Shown here: positions 39,901 to 50,900 of the stretch, piece after piece | Layout of the letters: each line of letters starts with the position of its first letter | How positions within the stretch are numbered: the first letter of the stretch is position 1 | Origin: Callorhinchus milii | Lineage: Eukaryota | Assembly (NCBI RefSeq): GCF_018977255.1 | Contig: NW_024704749.1 | Location: forward strand, 7,936,001-8,000,000 | Direction: 5' to 3' | DNA length: 64,000 nt | The notes under the pieces: generated by a model | What the model was told of the DNA's origin: nothing | Database searches by the model: none | The model's input: only the letters and a program-made list of their open reading frames with translations | Made by a program: the position numbers and the translations under genes

Positions 39901-40170
39901 GCTCGCATTAACATTTCCAACTTATTTCAGCTAAAAAATCAGTTTGGGAAATTCCAGAACCCCTTAAAAATGTCCTGGGTGTAAAAAGAATCGTGTGGAG
40001 TTTACAGCGTGAAAGGAGGTCATTTGGCCCTTCGCTGCTGCTTACTCTCGCCATTGTTGTCTGAGGAACTTACTTCCACAGTAGAGTACTTTCAATGGAT
40101 ACTGAATATCGCTTCGGGATGGTTTTCCTTCCCCTTTATTCTCAGGTAGCATCGTTTCAGTTGTGGCCAT
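36906..40170 (-). CDS. DENR: Density-regulated protein (DENR; reinitiation/40S recycling factor, SUI1 domain), 193 aa
   Basis: Minus-strand coding exons 40170-40074, 39854-39835 (20-nt microexon), 39275-39191, 38662-38585, 38088-37972 (GC donor), 37368-37229, 36950-36906. Protein: [45 protein letters not shown]...KCRQWLEKN...[58 protein letters not shown]...[20 protein letters not shown]. The four zinc-binding cysteines are present. Confidence 0.97.
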
Positions 40171-41039
40171 CCTATGAATCTGACGACCCAAGAAAAAAAA
40201 AGAGAGACAAGATTACGCACATTCTTCAGCTCTAAAGCAAGCGAGTCCGCGCTTGGCCACAAGCGAGGCCCCGGCTCATAATAATAATAATCCTCGCATT
40301 CGATGTAGCGCCACATCACGATGTCGAGACGTCCCAAAACGCTTCACAGAATATATCGTAAAGTGAATTGACTCTGTATTTCGGCAGCCAATTGCGCACA
40401 GCAGTATCCCACAAACAGTCATGGATTGAGTGACCGAATGACAGTATTGTTTGGGGTGTGGAGGGCGGGGGGGGGGGGGGATGGGGGGGGGGGAGATTTA
40501 TTACCCCTGGAAAGCGATCTGCCAGTCAACTAACAACTGGATTCTTACTTACTGCTGGGTAGACAGAGGAGTGGGGAGTGCGGAGACTTGCCTAAGGTCT
40601 CGCCCCCCGCCCGAGTCCTCTCGCTCGGGAGGCGAGCGTTCTAATCACTAAGCTACGAGACTGCACTCCTCAACCCGATTCCGTCAATTACCATCGCTGC
40701 GCTGTCAAAGCTTCTACACCTGCCGTGGGCTGACAACGTAAAGTATGTTGAGGTTTTGACGCAGACATGCATATATATATATATATATATTGTTATATAC
40801 TTTATATATATATATCTAGATTTCAATACAGAATTATAGATCAAAACATATTGTTTTTTTTCAAAAAAAATTAAAATAGAATTATATGTCGTATGTATCA
40901 CAATATAGAACATGAGTAATATATTAAAATATAGAACACATATTACAACATAGTATATTATGTATATATATGGTATTTTAGGGGGTGGGGGTGGGGGGGG
41001 ACGGGGGACAAATGGCCAGGGAGGTCCCCCCTCCCCACC

Positions 41040-41400
41040 CACCCCAGGGGGAAGCCTCACCCTCACTGCCCCTCGGCAACACGCGAACCCCGGGCTCTCC
41101 CCCCGGGTCGCCAGGCCGAGCCCGGCCACGGTGTGTGTGTGTGTGTCTCTCTCTCTCTCTCTCTCCCCCCCTCTCGCCCCCGACATTTACCTCCGCAGCC
41201 GCTCTGTGCGGTGTATCCGTCTGCAGCAGCTCCGGGTCCTCTCCTACCCGCCGGCACCCGCAATCCGCGCACATAGTCGCCCCCCGAGACTGCCTGACTG
41301 ACTTTACCGCCATATTTTGCAAAGCAAATGGTTTCTGCTGTCCCGCTGGTTCGATTTGTGATCAGTGTATTCCCTCCCCCTCCCCCTCCCCTCCCGCCGA
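41040..41400. promoter_or_regulatory. CpG-rich promoter/exon 1 of DENR, possibly bidirectional with CCDC62; YY1-type motif
   Basis: Local CpG enrichment; minus-strand donor GAG|GTAAAT at 41191/41190; CCGCCATATT at 41307-41316 fits the YY1 consensus AANATGGCGG on the minus strand. Confidence 0.65.
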
Positions 41401-41520
41401 GAGATTTTATTGATCACGATTCTATTGTTGGGTCACTTTGATTTTTTTAAATACATATCCGTTGCGGCTCTGCGGCAGACACCTGTGTTTGTAAGAAAGG
41501 ACCCCGGCGGGACAAAGGCT

Positions 41521-42990
41521 GAGACACAGAGAGAGAGACACAGACCCCGACACACAGGGAGACACAGACCCCGACACACAGGGAGACACAGACCCCGACA
41601 CACAGGGAGACACAGACCCCGACACACAGGGAGACACACACCCCTGACACACAGGGAGACACAGACCCCGACACACAGGGAGACACACTCCCCGACACAC
41701 AGGGAGACACAGACCCCGACACACAGGGAGACACAGACCCCGACACACAGGGAGACACAGACCCCGACACACAGGGAGACACACTCCCCGACACACAGGG
41801 AGACACACTCCCCGACACACAGGGAGACACACTCCCCGACACACACAGGGACACAGACCCTGACACACAGGGAGACACAGACCCCGACACACAGGGAGAC
41901 ACACTCCCCGACACACAGGGAGACACACTCCCCGACACACAGGGAGACACACTCCCCGACACACAGGGAGACACAGACCCCGACACACAGGGAGACACAG
42001 ACCCTGACACACACAGAGACACAGACCCCGACACACAGGGAGACACAGACCCCGACACACAGGGAGACACAGACTCCGACACACAGGGAGACACACTCCC
42101 CGACACACAGGGAGACACACTCCCCGACACACAGGGAGACACACTCCCCGACACACAGGGAGACACACTCCCCGACACACAGGGAGACACACTCCCCGAC
42201 ACACAGGGAGACACACTCCCCGACACACAGGGAGACACACTCCCCGACACACAGGGAGACACAGACCCCGACACACAGGGAGACACACTCCCCGACACAC
42301 AGGGAGACACACTCCCCGACACACACGGGGACACAGACCCTGACACACAGGGAGACACACTCCCCGACACACAGGGAGACACACTCCCCGACACACAGGG
42401 AGACACACTCCCCGACACACAGGGAGACACACTCCCCGACACACACGGGGACACAGACCCTGACACACAGGGAGACAGACCCTGACACACAGGGAGACAC
42501 AGACCCCGACACACAGGGAGACACAGACCCTGACACACAGGGAGACACACTCCCCGACACACACAGGGACACAGACCCTGACACACAGGGAGACACAGAC
42601 CCCGACACACAGGGAGACACAGACCCTGACACACAGGGAGACACACTCCCCGACACACAGGGAGACACACTCCCCGACACACAGGGAGACACACTCCCCG
42701 ACACACAGGGAGACACACTCCCCGACACACAGGGAGACACAGACCCCGACACACAGGGAGACACAGACCCCGACACACAGGGAGACACACTCCCCGACAC
42801 ACAGGGAGACACACTCCCCGACACACACGGGGACACAGACCCTGACACACAGGGAGACACAGACCCTGACACACACAGAGATACACTCCCTGACACACAG
42901 ACCCCAACACACAGGGCGACACATAGGGAGACACACTCCCCGACACAGAGAGAGACACGCACCCCGACACACTGGGAGACGCACTTTGTC
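41521..42990. repeat. 24-bp minisatellite, about 60 units (GACACACAGGGAGACACA[GA/CT]CCCC)
   Basis: Directly visible array with interspersed unit variants; explains the spurious 500+ aa ORFs. Confidence 0.97.
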
Positions 42991-44992
42991 ACAGAGAGAG
43001 AGAGAGAGAGAGACACAGACAATGAGTACAGAAAGACACACAGACTCTCAGACACACTGATACCGTGAGGGACAGAGAGGCTCACACACTAATACAGTAT
43101 TTTGACTGAAGCACGTGTTAGAGAGAGAGAGAGAGAGAGATGAACACGGGCACCAGTGTTAGCAGAAAATAGAGAACATGAGAGGGAGAGAGAAGCTATC
43201 TCTTGCTCGCTCGCTCACTGAAAAAGAGAGTGTTTTAGTTACTCCAAAAGAAGAGAAACAGTTACTCCAAAAGTGAGTCGGAGAGTGTGTCTCAATGTTC
43301 ACGTGTCCAGTGGAGGTCTTGACTACTGCCTTTGTTCTAAACCTTATTCTAAACTTGGTAATATTCTCAAACCTCAAAGCGATCCATTTGTACACCACTG
43401 TGTTGGTACTCTTAACACGGTGTGACTGTGCAGTGGGAACAATGCTATGTGTCTTTTGGCACACCTCAAGGCATAGATTTAAGATAATCGCAGAAAGGAT
43501 TTAAAAGGGGAGGTTGGGGAAAAAAAATCTTTCCACGCAAGGTGGTCGAATGTGGAATTCTCTGCCACGAACCTTTGTCCAGCCACAGCCCGTAAATCCG
43601 TTTAAAAAGGTAATTAGATACACGCTTGATTAAAAGATTAATAATAATAATAATCCTTGCATTTGATATAACACCTTAACAGGTCATTGGGATGTCTCAA
43701 AGAGCTTCACAGAATATATTGTAAAGTGGATTGACTGTATTTTGTGGGCGAAACGCGGCAGCCAATTCAATTGGAATAACGGTTGGGAGGGAAGGTGTCT
43801 AGATGGAAAAAACAATGCAAAAGTCATGGGCAGAACTGACTGATTCTGTGAACTATGAAATGTCAAAGTGGGTTCTGTGTATTTCTGTTCAGGTAGTGGG
43901 GGAGGGAACGAGCTGGGGAAAGGAGAGGATCGGGATGGGGGGAAAGGGGAGTGAGGTTCATGACAGCCCCCACCATGATGTCTGGGGAGCCCAGTGATTG
44001 GTTGGATGGTGAATATTATGAGCTCACAAGTGCAGCGATCCCGCATCATGTGACTCGTGCTAAATGGTTAAATATTTGTAAAAATTTCCCTGGATCATCC
44101 AGTCAAATAAACATTTCATGTCGCTGCGGTTGGAATTACATGGTATGTTTATAGGTGTGGTTCTGGACTTCTTTCCTCTGCCTGCTTATTCAGATCTGGA
44201 GAGTTGGCTCTGAATTCCACTATCTCCAACTTTCTCAGAATGGTGAGTATTTCGGGTAATTGTGCCGTCGTTGATCTGTCTTATTCCAGGACTGGATACA
44301 CCGAGCACCCAGGCACATCCTCCCAACACGAAAGGTTCTAAACAAATGGAATTTGTTGTTATTGTCTGTTACAGAGAAGCTGCTAAACCTGTTTGATTGA
44401 TATTAATCACGTAGATGTATAAACTTCCAGGGAAGCAGGTTCAAGTTTTTTTTTCTGTGTGGACCTGGGTTTTTTGTTTGTTTTCTCTCAAGATCGTAGC
44501 CAGGCGTGCCCGAAGCGATGGGAAAGAATTGGAAAACGAGCCGTGCTCTGCGGTAACGGAGCTTTGAACTTGTGTAAACTTGTGCTTGTTGTTTTCAAAG
44601 TAAAATGGAAACAATGGGTTATATTTCTACCTTCAATGTGTCTTCCTTTACCCTCTTTATCTGTGTGTGTGTGACTCCCTCTCATCCTCTGTCTTTGCCC
44701 CCCCTCCCCCCCCTCTCGTCTCATTTGAATGATCCTCTCAATTAGAATGATGTTGATGAAGTTGAATGCTCCTCCTTGCGATTGCATTACGTTTTGTCCA
44801 CAAAATATACAGGCAATTCACTTTACAGTATATCCTGTGAAGCGCTTTGAGACGTCTCAAAGACATGGTAAGGCCTGTATCAAATGCAAGGATTATTACT
44901 ATTATTGCATAATAATTCCCGGTGTTTGGGAGGAACACATGTGTCAGGACTAACAATCTCTTATTGCACTGACCCAGGTACCATGTGTTGAG

Positions 44993-47900
44993 ATGGAGGA
45001 TCTCCCGTCTGGAGACTTGGCCGCGATCAATCCCAGGCAACACAAAAATGCATCGAATTCTACCTCAGGTACTCTGCAAGCCAGGTGTCAGCCTGGCTCA
45101 GTCACTTGCACTCTCGTCTCTTGAGTCTGACTGTTGTGGGTTGTAGCCGCCCCCTCCACCCATCTTCCATGTCGGGAACTCTTGAGTTTACTCAAACAAG
45201 TGGGACTAAACTAAACATCCAGTGCAGTGCATTGCTGGGGTGGGGGGAGCGCTGTATGGTCGGAGATACCCTCTTTCCGTTAAGATGAGGTCCCACCTGT
45301 GCAGACGATAAAGATCCCATGGGATTATTATGAGAAATTTTGATAGAGTAAATAAGGAGAAACTGTTTTCTCTGGGAGATAGTTCGGTAATCAGAGGACC
45401 CAGATTTAAGTTAATTGGCAAAAGCGCCAGATGGGAGATGAGGAGACTTCTTTTAATGCAGTGAGTTGTTACGATCTGGAACGCACTACCTGAAAGGGTG
45501 CTGGAAGCAGATTCCATAATAACTTTCAAAAGGGAATTGGATATATACTTAAAAAGCAGAAAAATTGCAAGTCTTTGGGGAAAGAGCGGGGGAGTGGGAC
45601 TAATTGGATAACTCTTCCAAAGAGCCAGCACAGGCACGATGGGCCGAATGGCCTCCTTCTGTGTTTTAGGATTCTATGATTTTACTCAAGAGAAATTTTT
45701 CTCACCCACTATCCTGACCAACATTCCCTCAGATACAGCTGCTCATTTGCTTCACGGCTGCTTGTGGGGCATTGCTGGGCACAATATTGACTGCCCTGTT
45801 TGCCCATGTTTGAGAGGAATTATTCTGAACGTTCTGTAGGGTTCCTTCTGTTTTCCAGTATTTGATTGCAGTGCACATGGAACATGCATTTCATTCCACT
45901 TTCACTCTCTTGCAGAAAGTCATCTCGAGCCATGGCACAGCACTCCAAAATCTAAGGTATGGGCAATAATGCAGAGAGAAGAGCCGATTGGCTCCAGCTT
46001 CCTGCTCGTCCCTAGTGCCCTACGTTCCACCAGCGGCGGCCACTACTCCTTGAAACTTTGGAGCATTTTTCCTCTATCGCTCCGCCTTCCCCATCTTCAG
46101 GTCGCACCTGAGGACCTTCCTCTTCGTGGACACTTCCACCCCCGGCTCAGCATCGTGCTCCACCACTGTCAAGCGCTCTGGGACACTACCCTGCATGAGG
46201 GGCGCTATAAAAACGCACGTTATTGTTTAAAGATGTATGTTGTGAAAGTGACCATTTGTCCGGAATTCTCAGCCCTCAGGAGAAAACATTAACTGCCCCA
46301 AATCTATTGGCGACTCGAGGTTGAACTTTGGTAAAATGCAAGACACCAGCCAAGCCACCGGAGCAAGATCTAAAGTGTGCTCTACAAAGGCAATGCATCC
46401 CGTCCCCCCGTACAATACCTCTGTAAAAAGTGTGAGTAAAAGCCGGCGGGCGAGCAAGCAGAGACATTCTCACACCTCACACCACCACAACACCACCTTG
46501 CATTTATAGAGTGCTGCTCACTCAGGGTAGCGTCCCAGAGCGTTCAGAAACACAAGAAACTCGGCGCTGACTGATGTCTTCTCTTTAATAATAATAATAA
46601 TCTTTGCATTTGATAGAGCACCTTATTACGTCATTGAGACATCTCAAAGCGCTTCACAGATTATACTGTAAAGTCAATTTACTGTGTATTTTGTGAGCAA
46701 AACGCGGCAGCCAATTACTCACAGCAGTGTTGCACAAACAGTCGTGGATTGAGTGACCAATTTATTTTTTGGTCCGCCAATTGGCTAACAACCGGGTTCC
46801 TACTTACTGCTAGGTAACCAGAGGTGTGTGGGTGTGTGTGGAGTAAGGAAACTTACCTAATGTTTCGTCCTGACCCGCCCAGGAATCAAATCCAGATCCT
46901 CTCTCTTGCAAGGCAAGCGCACTAACAACTACACTACAGTGACTCTACCTTCCCTCCCACTTCCCTCCCTCCAGAACGGGAACCTGGATTTAGAGAATTC
47001 GACCATTCAGAAACAGCGTAACGAGCTCCAGCTTCTAGTGATGGAGCTGAAAGACCGGGATCGAGAGTTGAATGAGATGGTGGCGGCTCATCAGAAACAA
47101 CTGCTGGCCTGGGAGGAGGACCGCCTGCGGATACTCACGCTGGAGGAGAGATGCGCCAAGCTGGAAAGTCAGTACTGACAGGAGAGACTGTTGTAGGTTT
47201 GACAGGCGTGTAGGTTTGACAGGCGTTTACACAGAGCTGTGTGTGTGTGTATGTGTGTGCGCGCACAGAGCAGGCTGTCGGGGATGGGATCGCAGGCTGG
47301 AGGGCAACAACAATAAATTACATTTACACAGTGCCTTTCACTTAGCGAGGACATCCCAAGGTGCTGGAGAATCAGGGATTTGCACCCAAGCTGGGGGTTG
47401 GGATCAGGATGGGTAGAGGGCAGGAGGTGTGGTGGTAGGAGGGTGACTGAAGGTCAAAGAGGGAGGGTCTTGAAACCAGCCCTGAAAGAGCCAAGATTTC
47501 CTCAGGAGAAAACATTAACTGCCCAAAATCTTTCAGGGACTCGATCGCGCCCAGTCTCTCTCAGCATTGACTGAAGACTTTCCTCTTCGACCACTCCTAC
47601 GATCACCTCCCCTCTCTCCCCAGCTTGACGCCATTGCTCAGCATTCCCTGCTTGAAGGCCACTGTGCCAATGCAATTTGTTGTTGTTGCGAAGGCAATTG
47701 AATAATAATGGACTTTAGGAAAATTAATATCAGCTGGTTTTGGTTGGCTGGGGGGAGAGGAAGGGATTGGAGTGGATTGTCGCGGTGATGTTGCGTCCCT
47801 GCACCATCTCCACTTAGTAACGTCTCGGCGTTTGTCTTTTGAATGAACAAAGACGAGTTGAGAAAGAGGAACGAGCTGATTCGGACACTGACGACGCAGC

Positions 47901-50900
47901 ACAAGATCCTGGAGGCTCAGCAAAACGACTGCCTGAAAGCCCTGAGCAGCACTCAGCAACAGCTACAGGAAACCAACCACAAGGCAGGAGAGGCTGTCAG
48001 CAACTGTGAGGAGCTCGAGGTATGGCTGTCCGGAGCAGAGAGATCGTAGAATCCTATAGCACAGAAGGAGGCCATTTGGCCCATCGAGCCTGTGAAAGAG
48101 CATGATGAACCAAATGTCCTCCAATAAGCTCCTCTCCCCCATAACTTTGCAATTGTTTTTCTATTCGAGTACCTATCCAATTCCCTTTGACAGTTATTAT
48201 TTTACCTGCTTCCACCATCCTTTTCAGGCAATGCCTTCCAGATCGTAACAACTCGCTGCCTCAACAAAAATTCTCCTCATCTCCCCTCTGGTTCTTTTGA
48301 TGTTAAAGGGTTTGAGGGGATTGTGGGGATGGGGGGAAGTGGACACTGGATAAATTCAAATGTTCAAGACTGAGGCAGCTAGATGTTTTGTTAGCTCAGG
48401 GTATTGAGGGATATGGGGCAAAGGCGGGTAAGTGGAGTTGAGGTACAGATCAGCCATCATCTGATAGAATGGTGGAACAGGCCCTGTTCCTATGAGAGGG
48501 GGATTATATTGAGGGGCTCATAGAGAAACACACCAATGTAAACCTGATGGGCTCCGCACTGTAACGCCTACTCATGGTTCTCTGCTCCTCTCGCCCAGGA
48601 GCGTAACAAGAGCCTGAACACCTCCATGCTGGAGCTCTCGGCACAGGTTGGGCAGCTGCAGGCCCGGGAACAGGAGCTCAGTACCATGTTGAAACTAAAG
48701 GTAACCGCAACGCATGGGAGCTGCCATGCTCAGGGTGTGTCTGTGTATGTGTGTCTGTGTGTGGGGGTGTGGTGGGTGCACGTGTGTGTGTCTGTGGTGT
48801 GTGTGTGTGTCTGTTGTGTCTGTCTGTGACGTGTGCACATCCTTGACCGTACAGCGCTTTGGGACATCCACCTGCTGTGAAAGGTGCTGTGTAAATCTAA
48901 TTTGTTATTAGTGGGGTGTGTGAGTTATCCTCGTTTATTAGCCTCATTAAAAATATTGTTACTTTCCCCCCCCCACCCCCGCCACTCCCCCCTACCTCAC
49001 TACCCTCACTTTCTCCGGGAACCATAGGACAAGGACATGGTGGAAGCGACCAATCACATCATCGATCTTTCAGCCAGGTTCAAAACCTTAGAGAGCGCGC
49101 TGCGAGAGGCCAGGCTGAACGAAACCAACACCAGGAAAGAGGTGCAGGATTGCAAGCAACACTCAAAGAGACTGAGACATGAGATCTGTAAGCTTAGAGG
49201 TGGGTGCTGCCCTGGGGCACTGGCTGGTCTGTCGGGGTTTAAATATCGGAAGTGCTTGTGTTCCTGAAAAGCATTGTTCGTGTTCCATCGGCGGTCGGAC
49301 CTTCAGCCTCTCTGCCCCCACCCTCTGGAACTCCATAGCGGAGCCCCTCCACCTTGCCTCCTTCAAGGCTCGTCTCAAGACCTTCCTCTTTGACCACACC
49401 AATGGTCACCGTCCGTCCTATTCCTGACCTCCCTGCCCTCCGCCCCTCCTGATCCCAACATTCAGCTCGAGTGCAATTGTTTGACTGTCCAGCGCCTTGG
49501 ATCGTCATCCCAACTTGAAAGGGGCTGTGAACATTTTATTTGTTGTTGTTGGATTATTGTTTGTTCTACGCAGTGTAAAACGTCTCGGTTTGGCTCAAGT
49601 CGGCCGTGCTATTAATAACCTCTGATCGTTCCCTTCTCTTCCCTTCAGATGAGTTAGATGAAAAGACAGGGGAAAATAATGAGCAGAGAGAAGAGATTAT
49701 TCACCTTAAGCAAGAAAACCAGTACCTGATCAGTGAGCTGACCTTAGCAGGTGAATGAGTTTGCAACGTTCTTAGTAATTGCTGCAAAATAATTTCTTAG
49801 TATTAACTGCTCACAAACCCGTCTCCATCTCCGAGACACTTAATCACGTCGCCCCTGTTAAACCTTCTCAAGGTCTCTCTCTCGAGACCCTTTGTCCCTG
49901 GTCACGGCTGATACGAGAGGTGGGGGTAAGAGAGCTGGGAAAGCATTGCTCAGGAACTTTCTCCGTGCTCTCTTCACAGTGGAAAGGGAGAAGAGGAAAG
50001 ATCAGTTGCTGGAGCTCGCCAAATCCAAGCAGGAGCGAGCGGACACAGAGTTGCATGGCCTTCGGCAGGTAGGGCTCTCCTCACCACAGCTCCAGTCCGG
50101 AGTTAGCCATCCCGCTGGGATTGTTCTCACCGGGAGCGACTCCCCATCCTTTCATGACATGGGATTTCTTTTTAAGGTTTAATTCCCAGGTGAGGTGACG
50201 CCTTAGGCAAGTTTCTTTATCCACCCACGCCTCTGTTTACCTAGCAGTACGTTGGTTGTTAGTCGATTGGCGGATTGTTTTCCATGGGTAATAGTCCCTC
50301 TTCCCCCCCAGCCCCAATAAATAACTTGGTCCCTTGGTCCACGATTGTTTGTGGGACATTCCTGGGCAGATTCACTGCCGCGTTTCACCAAATTCACAAA
50401 ATTCAGAGTCAATCCATTTTACAGAATATCCTGTGAAGCGCTTTGAGACGTCTCAACAACGTGATAAGGCGTTGTATCAAATGCAAGGACTATTGTTGTT
50501 ATGATTATATCTTGTAATGGTTGCTATCGATTATTATTAGTTATGGGGGTCATCGCTAGTTGTGGTCACAAGTTGATGTCACCAGTTACAAAGACTAGTT
50601 GCTCTTATTAGTTATTGTTGCTATCAGGTAAACGAAAAGCAACAACACGACCTGCAGCTTCTACACCTCAACCTGGCGAGCTCTCAGGAGCTGATTCAAA
50701 AGCAGGAGGAGAAAATTCTGGAAATCAGGTAAACGGGAAGGTTTGACTGCAGATAATAATGTCTCTCTCCTTCCCTAAAAGAGATTCATTTTCCCATTGC
50801 TTTCCCCCCCGACCCCCCAAAAATCCTGAACACAACAGCAACGACAATTTGCATTTACAAAGTGCCTTTCACGCTTCCCCAGCCGAGCCAAGCGCCCTGT

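Noticed and set aside
40692-40719. Possible 28-nt DENR cassette exon that would turn the upstream extension into a terminated uORF
   Set aside because: AG/GT boundaries exist, but the polypyrimidine tract is weak and there is no other support.
41521-42990. CRISPR-like appearance of regularly spaced repeats
   Set aside because: No unique spacers and no cas genes; the context is vertebrate.
41365-43085. Four 500+ aa ORFs on both strands (THRETHSP, CVSGSVSP, VCLPVCRG repeats)
   Set aside because: By-product of a stop-free 24-bp minisatellite; no coding features.
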